A stretch of 64,000 nucleotides of DNA, from positions 30,805 through 94,804 of IMG/VR virus record IMGVR_UViG_3300042863_001519. One strand, 5' to 3'. A program made the position numbers and the translations under genes. The notes beneath the pieces are model-generated. The model saw nothing but the letters and a program-made list of their open reading frames with translations. It searched no databases and was not told the origin of the DNA. The DNA is from a virus. Every line of letters starts with the position of its first letter. Position 1 is the stretch's first letter. Shown here one piece after another: positions 1 through 9,344 of this stretch.

Positions 1-223
1 GATGATACTTACCATTTGCTTTGGCACCACCTGATGCAAATGTATACTCTTCACTTCTCAATTTAAAGTCACACCTTTCTAAACTCTCCAAAGTAAGGTC
101 CATAAGTTGACCATGGCTTACTGGTTTGTAGTAAGATGTTTGTTGAGGAACTTCTAAACTTCTAAGAAACTCTCTTGTTGATTTTACTTCTGCTATTGCA
201 TTTACTGCTATATTGTTTTCCAT
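1..223 (-). CDS. DUF932/DUF945-like protein, 5' part (runs off the window)
   Basis: Manual translation from ATG at 223: MENNIAVNAIAEVKSTREFLRSLEVPQQTSYYKPVSHGQLMD...; P..T..Y.PVSH pattern typical of this family. Confidence 0.55.
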   Translation of the reverse strand, partial: MENNIAVNAIAEVKSTREFLRSLEVPQQTSYYKPVSHGQLMDLTLESLERCDFKLRSEEYTFASGGAKANGKYH

Positions 224-233
224 TGTTTTTGTT

Positions 234-431
234 TTAAAATGAGCTGATTACACAAATCATGCCGTTCCCATCGGCACCTAAATTTTCCATTGCCCAAGCA
301 ATTGCCTCTTCTCTTGTTTTGAATGTTGCTAGATTAGTCCACTCACCACTATCTATTCTACTCACATGTGGTATATCTACTGCAAAACACTCTTCATCAT
401 TTTCTTCTATGTTATCTATTATCTCACCCAT
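234..431 (-). CDS. hypothetical protein
   Basis: 65-aa ORF tightly packed in the minus-strand operon. Confidence 0.65.
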   Translation of the reverse strand: MGEIIDNIEENDEECFAVDIPHVSRIDSGEWTNLATFKTREEAIAWAMENLGADGNGMICVISSF

Positions 432-436
432 TGTTT

Positions 437-697
437 CTATTTTATGCTATTTATATAACCTTGTATTGCTTTCTCGTATATCATAGACTGTAATCTATTC
501 CAGTCTGTTTCTATTTCTGAGTTTTCTATATCTCCCTTGTAGTCTTCTACTAACAGCTGGTGAGCACTGTCTCCTTCTTCATACTCTCCTGTCATTAGTT
601 TGAATACTTCAGCTTCTTTTTTTATCCACTCACATGAGCTGTAGTTAGGATAATAATATTCTACAAAATCCCAAACTTCGCTATTATTTGTTAACAT
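437..697 (-). CDS. hypothetical protein, paralogous to the C-terminal half of 3550..4011
   Basis: WDFVEYYYPNYSSC...IYEKAIQGY. Confidence 0.75.
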   Translation of the reverse strand: MLTNNSEVWDFVEYYYPNYSSCEWIKKEAEVFKLMTGEYEEGDSAHQLLVEDYKGDIENSEIETDWNRLQSMIYEKAIQGYINSIK

Positions 698-1173
698 TGG
701 TAGCTGTTTATTGCGTTTATAATATCTGCTAGACTAATAGTTTCTGTGAAGAACTCTTCTCCAGTGTTCTTACCTAGTCCGGTCCAGTTTACATGATTCT
801 CTCCATAGAGCTTTATAGTATGTCCTTCTACTTCTTGTGTTGGTTTGTGAGTAATATGCTCATCATTATCTTCTATTTCTACGAATGCCCAACCTTGTTT
901 TGGTAGCTGTTCTACTAATAACAGTTCTTCCCACTTATCTCCTACACCATCTGTATTAAGAAACTCCACTTTATGAGTAAGAACTTCTATAGACAACATA
1001 GTAGAGTGTTCATTTTTTAACATACTAGCCCTGTTTCCTATTCTTCTCCAAGGATGCATATGATTATTACCTATATTGTCAATGTGAATCAAAGCACAAT
1101 CACAGCTGTCCCATTCGCTGTTTACATGGGCACGTACTAGTATATGCTCTGTTGGTTTTTGCGATATTTTCAT
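691..1173 (-). CDS. hypothetical protein
   Basis: 160-aa ORF overlapping its neighbours in the operon. Confidence 0.75.
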   Translation of the reverse strand: MKISQKPTEHILVRAHVNSEWDSCDCALIHIDNIGNNHMHPWRRIGNRASMLKNEHSTMLSIEVLTHKVEFLNTDGVGDKWEELLLVEQLPKQGWAFVEIEDNDEHITHKPTQEVEGHTIKLYGENHVNWTGLGKNTGEEFFTETISLADIINAINSYQC

Positions 1174-1403
1174 TACGCTTCTTTTAGTAGTTTAACAATA
1201 TCTTCATCACTCATATTCCACTCATCTTCTGTTAGGTAATAGTACATTAGGTCGTCTATAGCTTCTGCTCTTTCATCACATTGGGCTAAACCCATCATAA
1301 TCTCATCTTCTAGACCTTTTGTACTAACAAAAACCATACCTCTAGAATCATCTAAAAATATCTCTCTATACGGATACTTCTCCCTTTTATATGTTAGTTC
1401 CAT
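1173..1403 (-). CDS. hypothetical protein
   Basis: 76-aa acidic ORF with stop/start overlap. Confidence 0.7.
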   Translation of the reverse strand: MELTYKREKYPYREIFLDDSRGMVFVSTKGLEDEIMMGLAQCDERAEAIDDLMYYYLTEDEWNMSDEDIVKLLKEA

Positions 1404-1608
1404 TTTCTTCGTTTTTCCATCTTATATAATCTTCTTCTGCACATATGCCATTATGATCTTGACACTTACAGCACCACGTATCATCTTTGCTATCTTCTAT
1501 ATCATCAAGATTCCACTGTATAGAATCTTCATTCAACTTTACCCACTGTTTGAACTCTACATCTGGCGAACCACAGTGCTCACACACCCATATTATCTTC
1601 GTGTACAT
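1387..1608 (-). CDS. small Zn-ribbon-like protein
   Basis: CEHCGS...WCCKC cysteine pairs. Confidence 0.65.
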   Translation of the reverse strand: MYTKIIWVCEHCGSPDVEFKQWVKLNEDSIQWNLDDIEDSKDDTWCCKCQDHNGICAEEDYIRWKNEENGTNI

Positions 1609-1825
1609 CTGTTATCTCTTTTACTATTCGGTGAATAAAAATACCACTATCCTGTAGCCAACCAAACTCTGTTAGAATAGCTTCCTCTATTGTAGCTGGT
1701 GGGTATGCATCAACCTCAGCATTAGTAGCTGCACATATCTGCATTATCTCTTCAGCTACTAGTATCTCTACTAAGAACTTCCTTGTTTTATGTGCTTCTT
1801 CTACTATTTCATCTACTGTTTTCAT
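1580..1825 (-). CDS. hypothetical protein
   Basis: 81-aa ORF in the operon. Confidence 0.6.
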   Translation of the reverse strand: MKTVDEIVEEAHKTRKFLVEILVAEEIMQICAATNAEVDAYPPATIEEAILTEFGWLQDSGIFIHRIVKEITDVHEDNMGV

Positions 1826-1989
1826 AGGTTATCTATTAGGCTGAGTATTCTACATTCTGTATTATCATCTATTGCTTGGTCAGCACATTCACTAATTATA
1901 CTATTAGCCCACTCTTTGAGTATAGTTTCTGTAGACTCCCAATCATTATATTCTACTAGCTCTTCTGTTATTTTTCTTATTGTTTTCAT
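1822..1989 (-). CDS. hypothetical protein (probable start MKTIRK)
   Basis: ATGA overlap with the downstream gene. Confidence 0.55.
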   Translation of the reverse strand: MKTIRKITEELVEYNDWESTETILKEWANSIISECADQAIDDNTECRILSLIDNL

Positions 1990-2347
1990 AATATATATTT
2001 TACCACTGATGTCCACTTATTTCTGCATTATCTTTAATTTCATCAGCCCACTCCTGTAACAGCTGTTCTATCTGTTTAGTACCCATATTTTTATCTACAA
2101 ATATGCCTTTTTCTATTTCTATAGCTATTTCTTTTGCTGTTTTCATACTATTTGTTTTTGCTTAAAATGTTTGACTATTCATGTTCTTGGTTTTCTTCTA
2201 AATAGAAATTAATAACCTGCTCTTTTGCATTTACATAAGAGCTAGCTTCAATTGCTTTATACCACATGCCTGATTGTTCTGCATTCTCAAGAGATATAAG
2301 GTTTATAAACTTTCCCTTTTCTCTCTCATAGCCAACATAATATGTTT

Positions 2348-3316
2348 TCATATTAAATCTTTTGATTTTAATGTTTCAAGTAATACTTCTTCACCATGTA
2401 ACCGATAAAGATCTGCAAAATCTTTAATAGGTAGATATGACCTTGGTACATTAATGTAATTGTACTTAAACTCTTCAGTTATTTTTATGCAATTCTTTAC
2501 ACCAGCATCATCACTATCATAATTAATCCACACTTCTTTGTCACGCAACTCTTCTACAAAACTTTCAGTAAAACATGCTCTAGTTTCATTCTGTACATTT
2601 ATTACATTGTCAAGGTACTTACTGAGAACCAGTCTGTCCTTCTTTGACTTTGTAATAATTATCCTATCTGCACTTTGTATCACCTTTCTGTTTTCCACAA
2701 TTGTCAATGGAATATTACTCTTCCATCTTTCATCTTTAGGTCTATTTGGAAAATAGAGTTTATATCCTTCATCATACCGGTAAACATATGCAAGCTCATC
2801 TTTGAGAACAGGGCATCTATGTCTATTGATCCAAGCTTCTTTTAAAGGATATACATCATCTTCTTTTAACTGAGCAGAAGTAATACCAAACTGTTTCCAG
2901 TAGTTACCATCGGCCTGGTTAAACTTCCTTACAGTAACTTGGATAAAGGAATGTCTCTTTTGGTCTATAAAGGGTTTTACATACTGAGAGGTAATTCTTG
3001 CAGATTCATCTTTACCATCTTCTATACCAAAGTCTTTTGCAATCTTTATTAATGCAGCTTTGATATCAAGATTGTATAGCTGCTCTACAAGATTGATACA
3101 ATCACCTCTAAAAGTATCATCGGAATGATCTCGGTGTTGTATCTTACCATCTCGCATGTAAACAGAAAAAGAAGGATTGTTGTCTTTGTGAAAAGGACTT
3201 TTTCTGGATTGACCTATAGTAAACTCACCAATGTAATATCTGTAAACATCATACTCGTTAATTTTACTAAACAGATAGTCTTTAGATATTGTTTCTTCCC
3301 TTTTTTCCAGTTTCAT
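2348..3316 (-). CDS. DNA primase (DnaG-like, crAss type)
   Basis: SPFHKDNNPSF zinc-finger-like region, GDCINLV, TOPRIM-like IIITKSKKD...YDSDDAG and KDFAD; probable start MKLEKR. Confidence 0.85.
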   Translation of the reverse strand: MKLEKREETISKDYLFSKINEYDVYRYYIGEFTIGQSRKSPFHKDNNPSFSVYMRDGKIQHRDHSDDTFRGDCINLVEQLYNLDIKAALIKIAKDFGIEDGKDESARITSQYVKPFIDQKRHSFIQVTVRKFNQADGNYWKQFGITSAQLKEDDVYPLKEAWINRHRCPVLKDELAYVYRYDEGYKLYFPNRPKDERWKSNIPLTIVENRKVIQSADRIIITKSKKDRLVLSKYLDNVINVQNETRACFTESFVEELRDKEVWINYDSDDAGVKNCIKITEEFKYNYINVPRSYLPIKDFADLYRLHGEEVLLETLKSKDLI

Positions 3317-3557
3317 CTTCGTTCTCTTTGTTGTCTTTTCTAAAATGAGCAATAAGATGAAGATATACTTCTTTCATTGCAAAAAACTCATGAGCCCAAT
3401 GTCCTTTTATAATCTTTTCAATAGAACCATCTGGCTGTACTACTGAATCATACAGATCTTCATCTGTTTTATTTTTTGTTGTATCTTTCCAATCTATTTC
3501 TGCAAGACAAGTTGCCAATCCATCAATGTCTATTATATCATATACCGTTTTATCCAT
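3282..3557 (-). CDS. hypothetical protein
   Basis: 91-aa ORF in the operon. Confidence 0.6.
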   Translation of the reverse strand: MDKTVYDIIDIDGLATCLAEIDWKDTTKNKTDEDLYDSVVQPDGSIEKIIKGHWAHEFFAMKEVYLHLIAHFRKDNKENEDETGKKGRNNI

Positions 3558-4011
3558 TCTTCTGTCTTTTGTCTTTTAGTGATTCAATGTATCCTTCTAT
3601 TGCACTCTGGTAAATCTTTACCAGTAACTCATCTTGTACCATTGCTGCTTTCACATGACTCCCATTGAGTTTATATTTCCACATTAACTGTGCAGCTTCT
3701 CCCCAATTACAATCAGGCTCTGTCATAATTACATCAAGGTCATTTGCTTTTGCTATCTGATCACAGCTACTATAACCAGGATAATACTTCTCTACAAAAT
3801 CCCATGGGATGGTCAATTTCTGATCTTCATCTTTCTTTGTTTTTATGTATTTAAGTAGTATCAACCAAAGACTATCTAGTTGAATAGCATCGTATGCTTC
3901 TTGTAACTCTTCACCTTCCCATAAAGACTCAGAGGCCCTGGAAATCTCCAGGACCATCTTATCAAAGTCTTTTTTAGGCATTTCTACCATTGCTTGCTTA
4001 ATTGCTTTCAT
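3550..4011 (-). CDS. hypothetical protein
   Basis: C-terminal WDFVEKYYPGYSSC...IYQSAIEGY shared with 437..697. Confidence 0.75.
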   Translation of the reverse strand: MKAIKQAMVEMPKKDFDKMVLEISRASESLWEGEELQEAYDAIQLDSLWLILLKYIKTKKDEDQKLTIPWDFVEKYYPGYSSCDQIAKANDLDVIMTEPDCNWGEAAQLMWKYKLNGSHVKAAMVQDELLVKIYQSAIEGYIESLKDKRQKNG

Positions 4012-4012
4012 A

Positions 4013-4642
4013 TTATGCTTGTTGTATCTTCTGCATGTACTTTACCAAGAGCTGAGAGTGTTCCTTCTGAAACTCTATCATAACATCACGGTTGCTCTTT
4101 GTCATAGATGTTGGTATCTCTGGTAGTTCTATTCCATCAAGCATTTTTGCCATCTCAATCTTCTCCTGCATTACTTTGATAAAGTCAGCAGCACTCTGTG
4201 CTTTGATAGCAGGATTACCATCTGTAATTCTTCTTGTCCACTGTCTTTTTTGCTTATCTGCTACTGGTGTAGGCTCTACTACTGGTGCCGGTGTACCTGG
4301 TTCTGTTGCAAATCCTGGCATTATTGCAGCTATTCCTGTTCCGGTTACTTCATGTACATTGTTCAGTTCCATTGTTGGTGTTGTTTCTACTGTTCTATAA
4401 GCTAATTCTGCATATTGACCTAGTTGCTCAATAATAAAATCTCTTTGATCTTCTTCACAATCATCTTCATCAAGTAAGTACTCATTTACTTGTCTTATAT
4501 CTTGTACTTTGTTAAAAATATTCAAACAGTTGACAATTACATCTGGCTTAATGTCATTGATGTAAAATACTAATTCATTACTGTCTTGTGTATCAACTAC
4601 TGCAGGTATTGCACCATGTGTGCTTAATATGTAACGATTCAT
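4013..4642 (-). CDS. hypothetical protein with Pro/Thr linker
   Basis: 209-aa ORF with A-rich leader. Confidence 0.75.
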   Translation of the reverse strand: MNRYILSTHGAIPAVVDTQDSNELVFYINDIKPDVIVNCLNIFNKVQDIRQVNEYLLDEDDCEEDQRDFIIEQLGQYAELAYRTVETTPTMELNNVHEVTGTGIAAIMPGFATEPGTPAPVVEPTPVADKQKRQWTRRITDGNPAIKAQSAADFIKVMQEKIEMAKMLDGIELPEIPTSMTKSNRDVMIEFQKEHSQLLVKYMQKIQQA

Positions 4643-4654
4643 TGTTTTCTTTTT

Positions 4655-4688
4655 AAAAAGCAGGGGAATTATTATTAGTTCCCCTGCA
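4655..4688 (-). terminator. intrinsic terminator
   Basis: GCAGGGGAA/TTCCCCTGC stem followed by a U-tract on the minus strand. Confidence 0.75.
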
Positions 4689-4701
4689 TTGTTTCAAATA
4701 A

Positions 4702-5640
4702 TTACCAATCTATCTCAGTTGGTGCTACTTTAGGACTTTCTTCTCCATCTTCTTTAAAGGTATTGTCACCAGTAACTTGATGGATACTTGGGTCAAACTT
4801 CTTCAAGAAGCAAAGCTCAAATGCACCTTTGCAACCATATTTACCAATAGCTTGTTCGTGCCATTTACTCACAGCTTTATCAGCATCCCAGTTTTTGGTA
4901 GACATTGCAAATGCAAACTTCTTAAACTTGTAACTAGAGATAAAATCACCGTACAGGTTCTGATACATTTTTGTATCACCATCTTTCTCTACTATACCTA
5001 CAAATGCAAGAGCTGCAAATGGAGAAGCAAGAGAATTACCATCACCTTTTAACTGACTACGGTATTCTTTTTCAATATAGTTATCCAGATTGCGAAACAG
5101 TTTTCCTTTATCAAAAAGAATATTGGTCTTTTCTGAAAAGAAGTTTGCTTTTCCCAACCAAGCTTGGAGGAAGTTGTAGAAGTCAGCTTCACCTTGTATT
5201 GCCTCACGAACTTTCTTCTTACCAGTAAGAGGGTTACCATCTTTGTCTTCAGTAATAAGATTACCATTCTTGTCTTTAAACTCTGTAAACCACGATGGGA
5301 GATTTTCCTCACTATCTACCCAAGTAGACATACCACTTTGGTTCACAAACTGTTTCTTACCAGATGCTTCAGAAACTACTTTCTTATCTACTATACGGAA
5401 ACGGTGATTAAACTTCTGCTTGTCGGCAGTCTGTGCTTCCATCCAGAAACTCAAAGTCAGAACTTCTTCTTGCTTATCGTTCTTGGTTTCATAAACTTGC
5501 TCACTGGCATTATCTTTCAGCTTATAGTCTAAAATTTCAGCAAGCTCTTCTTTAGAAGGATTGATTGCTAATACTCGGTCCATCATTGCAAATCCTACAA
5601 ATAACGGACGTTCTTGGGCACTACTCTTTTCTAATTCCAT
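4702..5640 (-). CDS. putative ssDNA-binding/annealing protein
   Basis: Lies beside the Sak4-like ATPase in the replication module; acidic tail ending in an aromatic residue (TEIDW); function inferred from context. Confidence 0.5.
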   Translation of the reverse strand: MELEKSSAQERPLFVGFAMMDRVLAINPSKEELAEILDYKLKDNASEQVYETKNDKQEEVLTLSFWMEAQTADKQKFNHRFRIVDKKVVSEASGKKQFVNQSGMSTWVDSEENLPSWFTEFKDKNGNLITEDKDGNPLTGKKKVREAIQGEADFYNFLQAWLGKANFFSEKTNILFDKGKLFRNLDNYIEKEYRSQLKGDGNSLASPFAALAFVGIVEKDGDTKMYQNLYGDFISSYKFKKFAFAMSTKNWDADKAVSKWHEQAIGKYGCKGAFELCFLKKFDPSIHQVTGDNTFKEDGEESPKVAPTEIDW

Positions 5641-5676
5641 AATTTAATTTATTTTTATTTGTTTACTTAATTTTTA

Positions 5677-6390
5677 CTACAGTGAATAATACTCAGACAT
5701 ACGATCAAAGATATACTTACCATCATTTGGTATTTCCAGATGATTGTTGCCGTTTTTATCCGGGAACATGCCTTCTGGTACCTTGGTAGATGTATCCATT
5801 TCAAAAGTCTTTAGGAAGTACTGTGGTTTACCATCCTTCATTCTTGTACCTGTGTACAATACAATAGTAAAGTGTTGCTCGATTTTGCCTTCGAACTCTT
5901 TACCATGTACCGACATCATTCTCTTCTTACCCTCACCCTCTACTTTGAGCCATTCGTCATGAGAGAATACAATAACATCCTTCTCAATGTTTTTGAGAAT
6001 CTCAATGTACTCATACACCTGACGATTGTAATTCTTGTAAATATCAAAGCCCTGAAAGTTCATTGCCATTTCCTTGTTCAGTGTATTGAAAGCCATTGTC
6101 TGACTATCAATAATAATCTGTTTGATCTCAGGATTAGCTCCAAACTTCTCAAGGTTGTCTTTGAACGATGCCCATGTCTTTGGCATACCCATAAATTTGA
6201 AAGGTCCACCATCTTTATAAGGAAGTGGTTTCCTCTCCATGTTAATGTAACCGGTTGTGTTCCGGTCTGCTGTTTTTGACAAGTAGGACTTACCTGCACC
6301 TGTCGGTCCTACAACAGCTAATTTGCCGTAGAACGAACGCTTTAATGAAGATGCTTGTTTCTGCTCTTCACCACTTTTTTGGTTTTCCAT
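5677..6390 (-). CDS. AAA_24/Sak4-like P-loop ATPase
   Basis: Walker A GPTGAGKS, Walker B IIIDS, VIVFSH motif. Confidence 0.8.
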   Translation of the reverse strand: MENQKSGEEQKQASSLKRSFYGKLAVVGPTGAGKSYLSKTADRNTTGYINMERKPLPYKDGGPFKFMGMPKTWASFKDNLEKFGANPEIKQIIIDSQTMAFNTLNKEMAMNFQGFDIYKNYNRQVYEYIEILKNIEKDVIVFSHDEWLKVEGEGKKRMMSVHGKEFEGKIEQHFTIVLYTGTRMKDGKPQYFLKTFEMDTSTKVPEGMFPDKNGNNHLEIPNDGKYIFDRMSEYYSL

Positions 6391-6398
6391 ATAATTGA

Positions 6399-6767
6399 TT
6401 AATTGATTACTGCTTTAAAGATTTCTTTTACTTTGGCATCTAGTAGTTCCTTGTTATCTGAAAGTACACCGTTAAGTATCTTGTTACCTTGACTTTGCCA
6501 TCCAAATGAGTGTGAGAAGAAATCAGATAATTTTACTTGTTTGATTGTCTCTTGTATATGCTCATTTAATAGTTCTTTAAAGTTGGGTATCATATCCTGT
6601 ACACCTTCTTTTACTAGATCTTTTGCCAGTTTTCCCATAAGCACTCTTCCTCTTTCACCAGACACTGATACATCTCCTACACAGTTCCTGACATGCTTTC
6701 TTATCTCATCTGTCACTATTTGCTTTATCTCTTCTTCTGAGAGATAGTCTTCTATTTTTATTTCCAT
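6399..6767 (-). CDS. hypothetical protein
   Basis: 122-aa ORF. Confidence 0.7.
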   Translation of the reverse strand: MEIKIEDYLSEEEIKQIVTDEIRKHVRNCVGDVSVSGERGRVLMGKLAKDLVKEGVQDMIPNFKELLNEHIQETIKQVKLSDFFSHSFGWQSQGNKILNGVLSDNKELLDAKVKEIFKAVIN

Positions 6768-6780
6768 TTTTTATAGTTAA

Positions 6781-7890
6781 TTAATCAAGAAAATATGCAC
6801 CTGATGTTACTTGCTGGTATATCTCTTCCTTGATATCTTTCTTTCGAGGAAGGGTGCGAAAAATCCCATATTCCGGTTGTAGTGCCATAGGAAACTGTAC
6901 ACCATTTGTACCAAAGGAGTTTTTGAGAATGTGTAATGATCTGTAATAGGTTTTGAAAAATTCATCTCTAAAACCTTTCAGTACATAACCATTCTCTTTG
7001 TGTCCATCTAAGTCACCTACAATATGTCTGTATGGTTCGAACAATGCAAGAACAACATCAGCATCGTGTTGTGTTTGAGATGAATCAGCAAAGTCACTGA
7101 GCTTTGGTGCTAAATCACCGAGTTTCAATCTTGATACATCGGCCAGGTTACGATTCAACTGTTGGATTACAACTGGTGAGAAACCATAGATGTCCCTTGC
7201 CTGTCTCATTACAGTACTGAACTTATCAATCTGTCCTTTAGACTTCTCAAGATCCTTCTCTGGTTTTAAAATACCAATGTGGTCAACAATAACCAGTACG
7301 ATGTGATTAGGATGATTAGGAACATATGTACGATCAGCAAGGATATTTTCCATGCTTTTGTTACTCTTATCCTTGTCGATAATGGTACCGTGTTTCCTTG
7401 CAAATGCCTCTAGGTAAGCACTGATACCGGAAGGGTTCTTACTGCCCTCAAATGCTATCAGCAAGTCATCTGTTTCCCATTCATCTAGTATAGAATAATT
7501 CATCTGTACCAAAGCATACTCCTGGTCATCCATCTTAAAGTTCTTCTGCCGACTCAATAGTTTTTTAGGTGGTATAGGAATACCCTGTTCTGTGAATATC
7601 TTTCTAGCCAACCATCGTGCACTGTACTGGTACATCTTACGTTCCATACCAAACAGAATGATACTCAACTTGATATCAGGACTTTTGTTGTTCAGATACC
7701 ACTCTATAGGTCGTATCATGAACATATCTTGTGCCAAAGTGCTCTTGCCTGAGTTATGTACCAGTATTGGATCTTTTTGTGTTGCCAGATAGAAGTTGTT
7801 ATTATCTTCTACCGATATGTCATATGTTGTTTCGTAAGGAATCTCCTCAAATGAAACAATATCCTGAAGATTTATAACAGATGCTTCCAT
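6781..7890 (-). CDS. DnaB-like helicase, C-terminal fragment, preceded by a 46-aa split-intein C-half (7753..7890)
   Basis: TYDISVEDNNNFY (block F) ...ILVHN|S (block G), then SGKST, VIVDHIG, IQQLNR, DADVV and KN helicase motifs. Confidence 0.92.
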   Translation of the reverse strand: MEASVINLQDIVSFEEIPYETTYDISVEDNNNFYLATQKDPILVHNSGKSTLAQDMFMIRPIEWYLNNKSPDIKLSIILFGMERKMYQYSARWLARKIFTEQGIPIPPKKLLSRQKNFKMDDQEYALVQMNYSILDEWETDDLLIAFEGSKNPSGISAYLEAFARKHGTIIDKDKSNKSMENILADRTYVPNHPNHIVLVIVDHIGILKPEKDLEKSKGQIDKFSTVMRQARDIYGFSPVVIQQLNRNLADVSRLKLGDLAPKLSDFADSSQTQHDADVVLALFEPYRHIVGDLDGHKENGYVLKGFRDEFFKTYYRSLHILKNSFGTNGVQFPMALQPEYGIFRTLPRKKDIKEEIYQQVTSGAYFLD

Positions 7891-8417
7891 GTTCTTTTTT
7901 GTATTATATTTTTAACAACATCAACTGTAGTTCCAAACTTGTCAGCAAGTTCCTTTCTTGTCATACACAATTGACCATTCTCATCATACTTGTTCTTTCT
8001 CCCATGCTTCCACAACTTTCTCATCTCTATCACATCTTCATCTTTTAAATTAGTGTGAGGGTTTCTTTCACCTGTAATGTTTCTTCTTTTACAAGTAAAT
8101 GACCATTTCTGATTCTCACTTGCTGTACACCACTCCAAGTTAATAAGCCGATTGTCTGTACGGATATGGTTAATATGATTTACCTGTGGCTTGTTTTCAG
8201 GATTAGGAAGAAATGTTTTTGCTACTATCCTGTGGACTTTTACAGTTTCGATTTTCCCCTGATCATTTTTTAACATTGTTCGGAGATAACCTGAACCATC
8301 TAAAGCAGGTTTCATTATTCTTTCCTGTCCTGTATTTTTCCAGTTGTAGGTCTTTATTTCACCATCTGTACTAACTTCATAACTACTGTATCCCGGTATC
8401 TTTTTCCATTGCTTCAT
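7872..8417 (-). CDS. NUMOD4-HNH homing endonuclease between the split-intein halves
   Basis: WKKIPGYSSYEVSTDG (NUMOD4); VHRIVA...QVNHINHIRTDNRLINLEW (HNH); different frame from both flanks. Confidence 0.92.
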   Translation of the reverse strand: MKQWKKIPGYSSYEVSTDGEIKTYNWKNTGQERIMKPALDGSGYLRTMLKNDQGKIETVKVHRIVAKTFLPNPENKPQVNHINHIRTDNRLINLEWCTASENQKWSFTCKRRNITGERNPHTNLKDEDVIEMRKLWKHGRKNKYDENGQLCMTRKELADKFGTTVDVVKNIIQKRTWKHLL

Positions 8418-8832
8418 GTTGCAAAGATAGTAATAAATCTTTGATTTTCACAAACTTTTCCCCGGTAAAAAATTCATGATTTTCGGTTACGTTTATAACT
8501 GTTCCGTTTTTCATTTTTATTCTGAGTAGTTTGTCAACATGAGTCTTATGAGTTATGGTATTGGTAACAGTTTTATACTCATTAACCTTGGTCTTCAGAT
8601 TATAAGACAATACCTTATCTCCTACTTTTATTTGAGAAATAGGCATTACCCCTTGTTCTGTATGAACCAACTGTTCTCCAGTAAAACAACCTGTTTCTCC
8701 CCCAATAACATAACCTGTATTTTTAGCAATATCAATATAATCACCTACCCTGTCATAAGGTACAGGTATAATACCGGCTTTACCGTTTCTACCGTTCTCA
8801 ATCTCTTTATGTAATTGCTCTGATAAACTCAT
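8383..8832 (-). CDS. DnaB-like helicase N-extein (48 aa) plus split-intein N-half (from 8688)
   Basis: ...VIGGETG|CFTGEQLV (block A), VTENHEFF (block B TxxH), ends at a stop codon. Confidence 0.92.
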   Translation of the reverse strand: MSLSEQLHKEIENGRNGKAGIIPVPYDRVGDYIDIAKNTGYVIGGETGCFTGEQLVHTEQGVMPISQIKVGDKVLSYNLKTKVNEYKTVTNTITHKTHVDKLLRIKMKNGTVINVTENHEFFTGEKFVKIKDLLLSLQHEAMEKDTGIQ

Positions 8833-9311
8833 TATGCACTGTTTGATTCCGTATCATCGGAAAGTTCCTTTAACTCTTCATCTTTCCAGTATACAAACTT
8901 ACCACTGTTTAGATATGCAACAGTAGCTTTCATGTATTGGAAATCATTGTACGTTGGGTCTTTGTGAGTATAACTTGTTACCTTTCTTGACTCTATTTCC
9001 ACTTTGAGGCAGTAAAGCATATCACTATCATCAAAACCTGCTGCTTTCTTTGCTTTATTGTATGTCTCAAATGTTTTTGCTTTGTCATCTCTCAAAGCCC
9101 TTGTACCCTTAAACGTCTTTCCTTTAAACACAAAATTCATGCTTGCCGGGAATGTACACCACCACTGTTCAAACTCTTCAGGATATTCTATATTCTTTTT
9201 GTTCTTCTCTCTCACTGGCCTGTATTGCTCATGCCACTCCTCGTAACCACCATCAGGATTAGCCTCTAAAAAGACTTTGATGTTCTTAAATTGCTGTAGT
9301 GTAACTGACAT
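8832..9311 (-). CDS. replication-module protein (initiator/loader-like?)
   Basis: FEQWWCTFP...YLN..KF pattern; lies between polymerase and helicase. Confidence 0.45.
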   Translation of the reverse strand: MSVTLQQFKNIKVFLEANPDGGYEEWHEQYRPVREKNKKNIEYPEEFEQWWCTFPASMNFVFKGKTFKGTRALRDDKAKTFETYNKAKKAAGFDDSDMLYCLKVEIESRKVTSYTHKDPTYNDFQYMKATVAYLNSGKFVYWKDEELKELSDDTESNSA

Positions 9312-9344
9312 AAAATGAGCTTATAAATTTACGATAAATAGTAC

